From: Moniliella sp. 'wahieum'
Lineage: Eukaryota
NCBI GenBank assembly: GCA_003971905.1
Contig: RSEE01000008.1
Coordinates: 620,001 to 684,000, forward strand
DNA length: 64,000 bases
Reading direction: 5' to 3'
In this document: one piece after another, positions 1 to 12,998 of the stretch
Layout of the letters: every line of letters begins with the position of its first letter
Numbering within the stretch: position 1 is the first letter of the stretch
Translations under genes and position numbers: made by a program
Notes under the pieces: generated by a model
Told to the model about the DNA's origin: nothing
Seen by the model: only the letters and a program-made list of their open reading frames with translations
Databases searched by the model: none

Positions 1-1361
1 CGCGTCTTGCCCTTGTTGGACCTTGCTGCGCCCAGCACCGACACGGCCAACGCGTGGCGCGCTCGCCTGGTGAGCCTCGTGACCAGTACCGCGTTCCAGT
101 ACAACCCGCACGTTCAGTCTCGCGCCTTTGTCTTGCTCGGTGCCCTGGCCCAGGGCGAGATCGACGACGATCTCATGTACCAGATCTTGGTTTCGCTCCG
201 TGGCGCCATGCTCGAATGGGGTGCCAATGCCAACCCGGGACCTCTGGCTTCGATTGTGACCTGTCTGGCTAAGGTTGTCCGCGCCCTCCCACCCCAGAGC
301 AAGTACCTGCCTCAGATGGCCTGGGTGGCCATTGCGATGCTCGAGACGAGTGTGCCTGAGATCTTCAGTGCGGCTGCGCAGCTGCTCAATGCAGCGCTGT
401 CCACCCTGGCGGCCGTGCAATTGCCCCTCGCGGCTGGCCTGGACCCGCTCACGTTCCTCCTCGAGGCCCGCAACGAGTTCCGCGATGCCTCGTGCCGTCT
501 CGACGATGAAGCCGGGGTGGACTTTGAGATTGACTTTGGCTTTGCGCTGGCGGCACTGCTCGTGCGTGGTCTGCGGGACAGCACAACACGGGCAACGACG
601 GTGGGTGGAGGTGCTTCTGTGCCTACTCCGCGTCTCCTCGACTAATGAGAAGGAGAACGGTGAGGCCGGGCGAGGCAGCAAAGTGTCACCGGCCGCGGTG
701 GGCTTGTTCGTCGCTTTACTGCCCTCAGCTACCAGTGAGAGCGGACTGGCATCACTCTCCTCGACTGGGATTGCCAGTAATGTGGTGGAGGCAGCGGTCA
801 AGGCGCGCAGGGAAGGGGAATGGTCTCTCGCCTCTTTGCTCTTGCCAGTCGACAATAAGCAAGCGCTCCTGGTCACTGCACTGCTGGCAGCATTGCTTGA
901 CCACGCTCAGGACGAGGATGAAAAGGTGCTGCTTTACACGCTGCTGCGCGACATGGCGGTGGCCAAGCCCGCCATCTTGTCTATCATGTACGTTTGTCTT
1001 CCCGTCTGCGTTACATTTTTTTTCGCTCAGCTTTTACTGACTGTCCGGACTGAACGGGTACGAGTGGGTTGCTGCTGGAATGCAGACCGAAATTGAGTCG
1101 TCGACGAACGAACTGATTTTGGACGCAGTGCAGGCCATTACGTCGGTGGCGGTGTGCGAGCCGGTGGTGGCCGCCCAGGCGGCGGAGACGGCACGGCGCG
1201 GTGGTCTCGGTGCTTACCTCGATGAAGCTGGGTTTGCCTCCTTCCTTGAGTGTGGTGCGTTCAGCGCGGCGCCAGAGTTGGACGAGACTCAGCGTGTGCT
1301 GGTCGCTCGGTTGGCTGCCGCGTTGCTAGCGGGCGCCATCGATGCGGGGGCGCATGATTAA
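1..1361 (+). CDS. Neurofibromin/Ira1-Ira2-like Ras GTPase-activating protein, C-terminal part (gene begins before the window)
   Basis: AFQYNPHVQSRAFVLLGALAQGEIDDDLMYQILVSL resembles the FQYNPxxQxRA segment of the NF1/IRA C-terminal armadillo region. ORFs 7..645 and 275..1096 join via a frameshift near 605. Intron about 988..1057, last exon ends at TAA 1361. Confidence 0.8.
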
Positions 1362-2544
1362 GTCATTTTTTGCATGGCAACGCTCCCTCTCTCAAACCTC
1401 TCACCAAGTGACTCCTTGCCTGGGCTCGATCCATCATTATCCACATGATATCCCCCTCTCACGCTACAGCTGGGCTGGGCCTACTTTGCCACTGCTCCGA
1501 GTGCTGCAGCTGGTTGGCCCGCCTCTGTGCCTTTGTTCCCTAGTTCGCCCGCGTATGTTTTTACCTACGATGGCACCCTGGTTTCGCGACATGTTTCCTC
1601 TTCTTTGCTCTATCTTTCCTGATTTTTTGGCTCTTTGAATGGATTGAATGTTCCGTGGGTTTGGAGTAGTTGAACAGATCGCACGTTCAACGTTCAACCA
1701 ACGAATGTAATAACAGCGTATAACCGGTAGCCCGTTCAACTGGCACCATGTGGGCATGTTGTGACGTGGAGATGTGAGCTTCGGAACAAGACAGCAGTTG
1801 TGTGCTGCATCGACACTACTAGGCCACTGCTTTATTCTGGCTCCTGCGCCTTCCCTTCGTAACGTTCTGGTCTTCCCTTAACCAATCTTCACGTCATGAA
1901 CCGGCACCGCTGCCACACTCGATACTTTGTCGGGGTTACCGACCAGATCCCTAGCTCTTTCAGTGGGTCGGGGGTCGGATCTCTGATTGCGAACAGGTGC
2001 TATAGTCACAGTGCAACAAGGGAATAAACGTTGAATTTCCAACCTGCAGCTCTTGAGCTACAGTATCGCCACGGCTAGTAGTACTACGTGCAGCAATTGA
2101 ACAGCTGCCAATGAGTTCAAAGAGCCCATGAGGATGCCCCATGAAGCTGGCAGGATATTGCTTGGGTTACTGAGCCTTCCCCCCTTCAGGTATCATCGTC
2201 CAACACGCACGTGCAGAACCAAGAAAACCACCTCGTCTCGATCTCATTTACACGTAAGCGAAAGTCATTTTGTCTGGAACCAGAAAAGCCAGACTTCTTA
2301 GGATAGAAGCGCATACTACCTTAATTACACACAGTCTCTCCTTCAATTTGTCCCTGCTTGGTTGGCGCTTGCGAGGGATCACAAATAGCCTTGCATGTCC
2401 TAGCAAAGTACGAACGGGTTACCTGGCTGGGACTGGAGTCGCGTAGTACAATCTTGTGTGGAACGGACCAAGTGCGAAAAGCTGCATCGTGCAACACCAG
2501 GGAGGGGGAGAGGGGTATAGTCGTCACAATGGGGCACGCCCACT

Positions 2545-3419
2545 GGTCATTCGATCATGACTGAGTCTGGATCGCATTCCAGCCTGCAGGAAATTCCGGT
2601 CAGTATGTTGCGCGATGAAACGAAGGGATGGCGCAGAGTGGGAAGTGCGCACGTACCAGTCCATGCCTTCTTCGATGCCGGTACCTCGGTCGCAACAGTA
2701 GGAACGATGGTCCAACTGCGGTCGCGGAGGGTGTGGAGCGCCAGAGCTTCGGAGACCTCAGCAGGAGAGGCAGCTCCGGCCAGATCTTGTTTGTTGGCGA
2801 GGACTAAGAGCTTTGCGTTGCGCAGTTCGTCCGCGTCCAGAAGTGAGTGTAGTTCCCGCTTGGTGAGGCCTAGACGCCTTATCCGCCGAGTCTACCACAT
2901 AAACAATCGCTTTGGTCTCGTCACTGAAGCAGTGCCAGTAGCTCCTACACAAACGTCAGACATTACCAATGCGGAGAGGGAGCGGGAAGGCGGAGAGAGT
3001 CGTACCTGGTGGAAGCTTGGCCTCCAAGATCCCAGATTAAGAGATGGAGCGATTTGTATTGTACCTCCTCGACGTTAAAGCTCACCGCTGGAAAGAGTAA
3101 GGAGGTTAGCACACAAGACAGGAGGCGTTGCAGGAATGATACCAGCATACTTGGTACGACATGGACATAGGAGTTGAGCTTGAGCCTGTAAAGGATAGTC
3201 GTCTTGCCCGCACTGTAGAGAAGGGAGAATAGAAGAGGAAAAGGGGTGGGCAAGGGTCAGAACATACTAAGCGCTCAGCTGAGCACCGGGCAGTGGGCTT
3301 TGCTTAGCGCGGGAGACGCACCTATCCAAACCCAGCATCATGATCTTGAGCTCTTCCTGGCGCACCCAGAACATGAGGCTCGTCATCCAGCTCGACAGCG
3401 AGGAGAAGGTGACACCCAT
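2545..3419 (-). CDS. ARF-family small GTPase, Arl1-like (multi-exon, divergent)
   Basis: Spliced reading MGVTFSSL...KIMMLGLD|SAGKTTILYRLK...PT|VSFNVEEVQYKSLHLLIWDLGGQAST|RSYW...AIVYVVDSAD...LLVLANKQDL...GIEEGMDW. Shows G1 GLDSAGKTT, G3 WDLGGQ, G4 NKQD and an N-terminal MG. Intron 1 is 3213..3321 (GTGCGT...CAG). The 3' end is approximate. Confidence 0.88.
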
Positions 3420-4136
3420 CGTGCGATGACTCGAGGGGAGAACGAGGGAGGGGGGGCGATGGATGACGAGCAAGAGAGACAGCGAGTGCGTTGCCACTGG
3501 GCGCCGACTCGGTCGTTCGACGTGCAACGCGAAAGCGCGAAGCGCAAAGCGCGAAGCTGTCCCAAGGCCTAACTGTCAGCAATCGGGCAGCGCGTCAGCG
3601 GTCCACTCATTCCTCAGTCTTCACGCTTCACTGGCCACGTACCACCGGCGTGGTCACCGTCGCCGCGTCACCGGCGTCACCCGACACTACACAAAAAACG
3701 AGTCACTAGTCACCACAGTCACCTGGTTGCCGAGGATCTGCATTGGATGGCGTCGATGACGTGGAGACCGCAGCCGGCGGAGCGAAACCACCTCGTCCTC
3801 AGCGTTTGCCGCCTGACGTGTGTTCACATCTGTACCCACCCAACCCACGGCAGTCTATGCCCGACTACAGCGAACACAGTACATATAACTGTTCTGCCAA
3901 CTTGGGGGGCGATGGGCACAAAGCATCATACCGATGAGAGTCCCATGCGACCATGGCGGGCCGTGGATGATATCCGCCGCATGGATACAGTGTCCGCTGG
4001 CTCGTCTCTCTCGCTACTAGTCTAACTGGACTGATGCGTGTTTGGATGAGATGTCTACGACATGCGGGGCTCAGCGGCAGGAGATAACCGGAGCGCCCCG
4101 TAACACGACGAGGATATAGCGTATGGAGTACGACCG

Positions 4137-4833
4137 TCATGGTGTCCAGACGTCCAGCGCAGAGATGGGGGCGGCGGCAGACATGATGGCAAGAAGTCCA
4201 GAACATGACAGAATGGGGAGAGGGGTAGTCCAGAACAGGGACGGTGTGTGGGTGAGATTGCCAGTTCCCACGTATCCCACTCTTTCGCGAGGGGGTGTCC
4301 CGATGGTGGAAACGCTAGCAGTGCACACTGATGTTTTCATCTCAGAGGTCCTAAGGGTGAGGAGTGAAGAAACCGAGGGCACGCGCAGAGTGGTCGCCAA
4401 AGGTGGACTGATGTGTGATGATGGGGAGAGGAGGGGAGGGTGATCTGTCCGGGACCGGATCTAAGTGCGTAGCGGGACGTGGATGGACACCCGGGACAAA
4501 CGAAGCTGCTTTGAGCACTCGCGGCCCAACTGCGAGTCGGATGCGAGCCGACGCAAGGTCTTTTTGGGAGGCGTGTGAGGGGGCGCATTCAGGGCTGCTG
4601 TAGTGTCGTGAGAGGGTGAGAGGTGGAGAAGCTGTGGGACAGCTTATACGGTGATTCTGGAGAACGGGCTCCCACCACCGCGTCCGTCTTTCTCGAGTGA
4701 CAGGACGAGGTGCAGGCTTTTGTTCGGAAGTGGAAGAAGGAATCTCGGTAAGGGCAGTCGTAGTTTTGTTGAGGTTCGATACTTTTGTGGCAGAGCGAGA
4801 GGTTGGGTCACGCGCCTTGATTCGATAGAACAC
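4137..4833 (-). CDS. Possible hypothetical Ser/Pro/Thr-rich protein
   Basis: Overlapping same-strand ORFs 4351..4833 and 4137..4400 with low-complexity, protein-like composition. No recognisable domain. Confidence 0.2.
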
Positions 4834-6927
4834 GTTGTGACATCGAGTGTTGAAGATGTGTGAGAGATGGACAAAGATTTGGTTTTCCGTGGTTCGACGG
4901 GAGAGATGTCCCAGAGAACGTAGTGATTGTTCTGGGCGGGCATGGATGGGTTACTTAGGGCGCTAGTGTGTGGCGGAGGGGGCGGTCTATGATGTTTGAT
5001 ACTTTGCTCTGCTCCGTGTGGAACCGCCGAAGGTGAGGGGAATGAGAGCCCTAATCCGTCTGTCATCACTTTGCTAGGGTGTCTTCTCGGGGCCGATACG
5101 CAACATTTTCAGAGTTCGCTGAAAGGCGTAAGGAGGTTATGAGAACCATCACCTTGGAGGCCAACTGAGGATCGACGATTCCCATGGCCCGCAGGTAAGA
5201 GGGTCGGAGATCCAAGAGGGCACGCCGTCGATTTCCTCCGCTACAAAGGTGGGAGCGAGAATGGATAGGCCTTTGTACCGCAGCCAATCAGCAACGTTCG
5301 AGGTCGACCAGGAGTATACTGCACCTGTTTATATGGTTAATTTAATGTGGGTCACAAAGAAGAAAGAATGTGTAGGTTTGAGGAGGGGGGGGCAGGTCAA
5401 TGACTTCATTAACGTACTGTTCATCATGTCACCCCGGGGTTCAGGGGCCCGGCGTCATCATCAACAGATGATGTTGCGGGGGATTGCCTTTGCAAGATGA
5501 GATGAATAGCTCTTTCTCGACGAACATATCTGTTGGAAATGCTGGGCACAGGACATGGACCATGGTGGCCGAGGGTTGGGGGACGGGATCAAAGATTTGC
5601 CCTTCGTACACTTTTGATGCGGTAAATATAATGATCCGTTGTTTTGTGTAAGGCGCACAACAGTTGTCCGTCCCAAAGAGATAAATAAAAGATCGTAGAT
5701 GTGTCAGTACAGCTTATCGGCAAGGTAGACCACGCCACGCCCTTCTTCTCGGGAAGAGCTGTGGAAGCAGGAGAGGAGATGGGAGAAAAGAAAGGAGATG
5801 AGGAGGTAGACGAGAAACGCAAAGCAGCAAGCGAAAGGGAAAACGAAATCCGCATCCTTCCAAAATACGTAGCGAGAATTTAAACGTGGAACGGCTAGCA
5901 GAGTCGCCAACTATACCATCGCGCTCTCAACCAATCTCAGACTGAGATCTCATTCCGAGCAATGGCTTGCCTGCTCGCCTACCTGCTCGCCTGCCCCTCA
6001 GTTCCCATACGAAGGATGAGAGTGGTCCTTCGACACGTCTTCTGGCATGAGAAAGGCCATCATGACCCGACACGTTAGGACAAACGGCACTATGTGCATA
6101 ACCCTAAGACCGGCCATAACATTAATGGGAGGACATGCCTGAACGTTGGCCTAACCCCGCAAGCTATTGCCACTGAACAGCGCGTATAGCTAGCCCCCAT
6201 TGTAATGGCATTTTCCTCGACCATCGACCATCGATCATCGATCATTGTTTATTGACGCAACTATATGATTAAGGTCCAAAGTACTTCGGCTTACTACACC
6301 ACCTGCTATGCAACTGCATCATACTCCTGTGCACTGTGATTAGACAGGAGCCCACGTCGTCGACTTGTCCCGAATCGGCATTTCGATTAGCGAGTACAGA
6401 GTGAGGTTTTCAACTACCCTACTGGGAATCTGCCGTACTGCGTCGTGGAACAGAACACTCGCTCCGGCGAGTAACTCAGCCTCTACAGTCGAGAGGTCGC
6501 CAATCGACCAACAGCCGCAGTGAGCGGAAACAAGAGGGTGCAAGTGCAGCGAAGAGCGTAGCGGTGGAGAGGCAGGTAGTACACGAAAACTGCACGGAGC
6601 AGGCAAGGACCAAGGACGAGGTGCGACCGAGCAACACTGCTTGTGGTTGGTTCCCGATTTGGGTGGCCCACAGGGTACACCCGAACGTCCTTCATCTCTA
6701 TGTAATAGTGTGTGAACAGCATCAAATAGCAGTACCAGCGGCGTGTGGATACCATGCCACCAGGAAAATAGATGACTATATCGTTGAGGAGCAACACATT
6801 GGTTACCCTCTGGTGACGTGCTTCGGAAGGACCAATAGCAAACAGACGACAGAGAGCATCATAATCGTGGGGTGGGAGGAGGGGAGGGGGGGTGGAAGGG
6901 ATGACGAGCTCAGGAGTGTAGAGAGAA

Positions 6928-8568
6928 CTACAATTCATCTCCCGCCAGCCAGCGGTTAATCATAGCCTGGGCTTGAGCAGGCTTGTCATAAGGCACCATG
7001 TGGCCTGCTTGGAAGACGGTGGCCCAAGTCAGACCGTCCAAAGCACGTGTCTCGCCCGCCGGAGTGCCATCCACCAGCCACGGACGGAGTGGGAGAGCTG
7101 TGAACGCATCAGTGGAGGACCAGATCATTTGGTCCACCGCCGCTCGGTGGCCCACACCGTTGCACTGGAAGTCCAAGTCGCCATTGTAGATCAGGGCCTT
7201 GACGCCGTGTTCGAGGAGAAGGGCGACATGGGGTTTGTTGTCGTGCGCCCCGTCCTGAGCGGCGGCAAAGAGGGTACCAACATGGTTGCTGCAGGCCTGG
7301 AAGGGCCCAAGACTTTCAATAGGCTCCGCGCCCACCAGGGCCCGAACATCTGCCCGGTCCAGGTAGGTGCGAATGTCGGGCTGTGACGCTGTAACAGAGA
7401 TTGGGACTGATACCGGCGCGGCAGGGGTCGGAGATATCGTAGGGATTGACCCAGTGGCGTACACCGGTCCAGCCAACTCGGGCTGCACACTGCTAGGGCA
7501 TCGTGGCACTTGTCCGGGTTGAAGGCGTCGCGGCAATGTTCGCCCAGGGAGAGTGCGCAAGAGGCTGCATAACCCTTCATTCGCCTGCATTGGTCAATAC
7601 CGACGATCGGCTTGCCAAGACCATTGTGCCGGGTGCAGGCAAACTCGTAAATCTTTGGCACCTGCACCGAGCGGTCGGTGATGCCGTTTCCAATCACGAT
7701 GGATTTGAGGGGGATCAGGTCCTTGGGATCGACAGGTTTGTCTTTGCGCCAGGCATCTGTCTCATAGGCCAAGTTGCGATCCACGATCTCGGCGGCAAAG
7801 ATTGGTACGTAGCGGCCCGCATACGACTCGCCTGCGAGATGGAAGCCCTCGTTGGTGGCGGCCGTGTGGAAGTCAGGGAAGGCAGCAAAGAAGATCCGGA
7901 GAAAGTGGTAGAGGTCTGTGGCTCCGGCTTCCGTGGTACCCACCTCGACGCCATAGCGGGTGTAAGAGTAGCCCACCCACAGGTTGATCGATAAAGATGG
8001 TGTTGGCCCTTTCGTTCCACGAGTAGGGGTTGTACTCGGTCGCATTGATGGGAGGACCGTCACGAAGAACCGACTCAGCAGTCACGCGGCACGGTCCTAG
8101 CTCCATGAACAAGCCTAGCTGAGAGCTGCACCCAGGGCCGCCATTGGTCCAGAGCAGTACGGGGTCGTGGTGCGGGCTATGGCGCGACTCGAAAAAGTAA
8201 AAGAAGAGCGACTTGCCATCGCGTGTATCAATGTAGCCACTCCAGCTTGTCACACCAGGGTCACAGAAGGCCTCGTCGGTGGAGGAGCTGTTGGCGGCGT
8301 GGATGCGCTTGATGCGCACGCTGGTGCCAGGGAAGGCGGCGTGGGTGAGGACCGCGTGGGTGTGGGTGAGGGCGTTGGCAGCAACAATCTGGTCCTGGAC
8401 GCTGCGTGCATCGGCGGGGGCAACGGGAGAGCCGAGCTCGATGTGGACGGGGGGGAGGCTGGAGGGGGGGGCAGCAGCGGGCGCGGAGAGGTGGGGGCCG
8501 AGGGGCGTCTGGAACGCAACAGCGCCCACCGCAGCGACCAGAAGCGCAACGCACGTCCCAACACGCAT
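6928..8568 (-). CDS. Serine carboxypeptidase, family S10 (carboxypeptidase Y-like), secreted/vacuolar
   Basis: Signal peptide MRVGTCVALLVAAVGAVA; WSGYID, FFYFFESR, WTNGGPGCSS, FIDQPVG, catalytic GESYAG, IYNGDLDFQC, AGHMVP. Spread over three ORFs joined by frameshifts. Confidence 0.93.
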
Positions 8569-10753
8569 GGGGCTGAGCAGCTGTGGGGCGAAGCGAGCCA
8601 GCTAGTCGATAGGCGCTGGGCTGGGCAAAAGAAGCACCGCACGCGCGCTTTGAGCCTCGCCGCTCCATTTCCATCGCTTCTCCACGTGGTCCGAGCACCG
8701 GAGATATGCGGCTGGCATGCGATTTCCACCTGGAGATGCGCATTAGTCACCGTCACGAATCACACAGTACTCACCAGCAAATTCATCACTACACCACTAG
8801 CCCTACGCGGACGCTGGATCTAACCCCCACCTTCCTCCACCAGCCAACGCAAGCGGCACAGTAAATGCCCGAGCAGCGCCGCAGGACAAATGGGCGTGAA
8901 CCGCCTGCATCGCCACACTCCTACCTCCCCTTGAATCTCCCATGAAATCCCTGGGTTCAAGGAGGCATTTGCCCTGATCAACATCGACTCGGGCAGCGTA
9001 AGGCGGCTATACTCTTCACCGCGAACGTGTGGGCGCAAGGCTCCATTATCTTGGGAGATGATCGATGATGGTGCATCGAGTAAGGTCAGACTAACATACA
9101 GCACACATGAAGGCACCTCTCGCTATGCGGCGTGACTAGTGACTAGTGACTGCACATCACGTTAGGTTTGACCAGGGAACAGAAAACGAACATATTTCAT
9201 CCAACAGCTTCTTACCATGTTTTGCGAGTATCTCGCCTCTCTGGACGAGGCGTCAGATGCGTCAGATGCGTCAGAGCTGATGGAGGCCCATTAGTACCTT
9301 CATGAACACGGAGATCGACTGGCTGGTCCCACCAAACTGCGCTGCTGAGCAGTTGAGTAAGAGGGCGTTCGGATGAACGATGGGGCAGTGGTCTTCCCGG
9401 GCCCCTTTTGCCACGTCATGTGTCCCCAGGAAAGCCCTCAGCGGGCCAACCTGCTTTAGGCTGTTTTTCCAAACCAGATTGAGCATGCTGTTAAGGGCAT
9501 CATTGAGTCCTTGGCAGCACTGGGCATGAGTCTGCGCAAGTTTGACTACACAGCATGTGCGGTGCGTCTTCATTCTTTTTGTTGTTGTGTATGTGGGTTC
9601 GATCGATGATTCATCTGACCTACTCCGCAGGTGTGGAGGGAGGCCTTAACAACAGGGGTGGCGGGGCGGAATTAAAGGCCCACATGCCCTGGGATAGCAA
9701 GCGTTGCCCTCTCTTGGCAGTCCTCGCGATCTATTGAGTGGTTGTGATGTAATAATCCGTTCCACGAACCCCGCTGGAGATCTTAGCCGTGGTGTCTGCT
9801 ACAAAATGTTGTGGATCCTCCACAAGTTGAGGGCTGGGAGAGGGCGCGAGAGGGGGAGGGGTTCGGAGCTACACAGACGTGGGAGCTTGAAAAAAGGTTT
9901 TGTAACATGTCGCAAGACTTTATGAAGCGCCTATTCTTCGCTATACTGCAAGTCATCTCTTCTATTATCCGCGTCCGAGCCTGCAACTAGCGGAGCGATG
10001 AGGCTGGGGAAGGCCACAGGGAAGGCCCCTGGCAGACCCATTGAGTTGCTGAGGGGCTATAGTAGGCAGTCGATATCCGGCGCGGTAACCTAATTGTCAC
10101 TCTGATGGGCGCAGGCGACCGAGCTGCTAGACGGATGCGCAGCAGCGACGACCACGCAGAGTACTAGTAGTGGGGTCCAGGTGTAGCAGACTGCAAGCGC
10201 CATACACTTGCTGTCGGTCGGTTGGCTGAGGGCGGGGACACGGCCTTTTTATAGGTGTTTTTAGGCGATAGGCCTACGAGCCTTGCGTCGTCCCGTCGAT
10301 CGCCTATGAAGAAGAGGGAGTGCTGCGTGTGCGTCAGCGGTGCAGAGCACTGCTGGTCCTCCTCGGCCTCCGCGATGATCAGGTGCACCAGGCCTGCGGC
10401 TGAGGCTTATCGAGAGGGGATACGTATGCGCTTGCGCTTGCGCAGTGCGCTTTAAGCGAGCTCGATCGATAGTTTCTCTTATACAGGCGATCCCAGCCCA
10501 CACACTCGCCCTGTGCTCCAACGATCGGCGCTGTCAGCCGGGGCCGACAGGAGCGGACACTGGCGCTGTGCTGCCCCGCCCGAAGCCCGTGCCCTGTCGC
10601 ACTGCCCCCACTGGCAAGATCCCACATCACCCGCTGGTTCTGTCCCCTCCTCCGTCTCCCTCCTCTCCTGCTCCTCCGCCTCCTGTGGCCCCCTCTCCTT
10701 CTCTTGGCGCCCCCACCCCCAACCCTCCCCCTACCCGCCCCCTCCCCTCCTCC

Positions 10754-12998
10754 ATGCCGCCTTTCGCGCGGCCGCGCCAGGCATCTGACCAGGACAGCCG
10801 CAGCGCCAGCCGTGCAAGTAAGGCCTCTTCCCGCGCCTCGTCCCGCAGTACCAAGTCTGTCGCCCACGCCTCCTCGCGCTCGGTCGCATCTGCTTCTCGC
10901 GCCTCCCGCTCGGTCGCCTCCGCTTCTCGCGCCTCCTCGCGCTCCCAAGCATCCGTCTCCCGCACTGCAAGCACCAGCAGCCCCGCCACCACTTCCATCT
11001 CTCCTTCGGCCTCGGCTTCTACCAACACAGCCTCAACATCAGTCTCGGCCTCAGCCTCGTCTTCTACTCCGGCTTCAGTCTCGACTTCTACTCCGGCTTC
11101 AGCCTCGATTCTACCCCGGCTACGTCCCAAACAGCATCTCCATCACCCAGCACAACGACAACACCAGCAACAGCTCCAACCTCCACACCATCACCTTCCT
11201 CCTCCCTAACACCGGTTCATTATCCAACACACTGACCAGCACAGCTCTCAGTTCCTCTCCACTCCGATCTTCGCTCAGCTCCTCCCTTCCTATGCTAGCA
11301 GCAGTTCCAGTGCCAGCAGCAGTGCGTTTCCTGTACCCACCGGGGCCCACCACCGAGGCTTATCCGGTGGGCAGATTGCCGGTATTGGGTGGGGAAGTGT
11401 GTTTGGTGCGATCCTCCTCCTCCTCCTCTTCGGATTAGCAATCTGGTTTCTCCGCCGACGAACCAAAGCGCAATCGAAGTACAACAACACGGAGGTGCCT
11501 ACCTCGAGGTCCGCAGAGGCCGTTTCGCCTAGCACAGCGGCGCAGCCCCCCCCACCCCCGGGACCCACAACAGCCCCGATAGTTATCCCCTCCCACTCGA
11601 CCAATGCCATCGATGACACCACCCAATCACCTTTGTCCCCCCATTCCGTCGAGACGCCATCGAGCAAGAATCATGCAGTTTCTTCCTCGGTTCGCCCTGA
11701 AGTTGCGGTTGGAGCAGTACGGCGAACATCGAAACGCAAGGCAGTCACCCCACTTTCCTCAGAGGAAACAGCTCACGCGCCTTCTCCCGCTGGACGACTG
11801 TCATGGCTTTCCCCCATTCTCCCCGGCCCCTGGGGCACTACTAGAGATGAAAGCCACCCCACCACGACGTCCTCCCCTCAATCGTTTCCCGTGCAGTCGC
11901 CTCCTTCAGCCGCACCGGAGGAAACTCATGACCCTTCACAAGCGGTCTCGCTGGCTCCCCCGCGAATGGAGACGAGCCAGTCAGAAGGCTCCCTTACCGA
12001 GCAGGGCGTGTACCTCCCTGCTTCCGACGGAGTCCTGCGCAGAGCAACGGTGGCCCGAGGAGAAAGTGGGGGGTCACATGCCGAACCGATTCCGCAGAGG
12101 AGGGAAGGGCGCACATCTGTGTCGGATGATGCCTTATTGGCCCCCACCTCAGCGCTCGGCAGGCTGGCTGCCTCACCCGTCGAACTCCGGCCAGGGATGC
12201 AGCAGCCCGTGACCACCGACTTGGACCGTAGTTCCGGGGGGAGCAACGTTCCCTGGGTCCAGAAGCGGCTCCGGCACGCAAATCGGCCTATTCCACCTTT
12301 CTTTCGGAAGGGACTAATCTTCTCGGTCCCGGCGCAGATGCCCTTCTTCTGGATCGGGGAGCAATGAGGACAACACCGATGTTTCGGGGCATGCATCGCA
12401 AGAATCGCACGCCCCAGGCACCCACCCTGGACCATCTCACTCTTCTCGCGATGTGATTCCTTCTCGCGAGGATGAAGAGCCGCGACCCGATATCAGTACA
12501 CAAGGAGGGGGAGCGCGAGAGGAGCCCTTGACCGTAGGGATGGTTTCGATGCCTTCGGGATGGGGGTCTAAAGAGAGAAGAGGAGAGCGAGACAACGGCA
12601 AGTACGGTGGTGACTCAATCCTACTACCCAAGTGGAGTGGCAAGCACAGCAGCCACATCTCCTTCCCCTCCTGGGTCGCGGCGACAGAGCCATCTCCGCC
12701 CCATCTTGCCCAAGACGAAAGAAGAGCCCGAACGTCAACCCACCTCTCTCGTTACCCGAACCCAGACCAGGGCACCGATCAGCGGCGGTTCACATTTGGT
12801 CCGCCGGATTCACCAAGTGAGATGCAAGCCAGGTTGGCCAGCGCTGGCGAGGTGCCCATGGGACAGATCCAAGCGCCCACCTCTTCCCCGAGAAGCGGGG
12901 ACACCCCCACCACGCCCCTCTCCCCTCTCGGCTCTTCAGATGGAGCCGAGCCGAGTGGGCAGACGAGCGAGCAAGACTCCCACCCTTCCTCCCACTAG
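10754..12998 (+). CDS. Hypothetical single-pass membrane protein with Ser/Ala/Thr-rich N-terminus and long disordered cytoplasmic tail (Mid2/mucin-sensor-like architecture)
   Basis: SRASSRSVASAS-type Ser-rich tract, then TM segment GSVFGAILLLLLFGLAIWFL followed by RRR (about 11390-11460), then Pro/Ser-rich tail in ORFs 11399..12367 and 12453..12998. Frameshifts are needed and the start is uncertain. Confidence 0.6.

Noticed and set aside
1960..2527. Possible small spliced gene downstream of the Arl1-like gene
   Set aside because: Intron-like signals exist, but no stop-free spliced frame or recognisable domain could be assembled.
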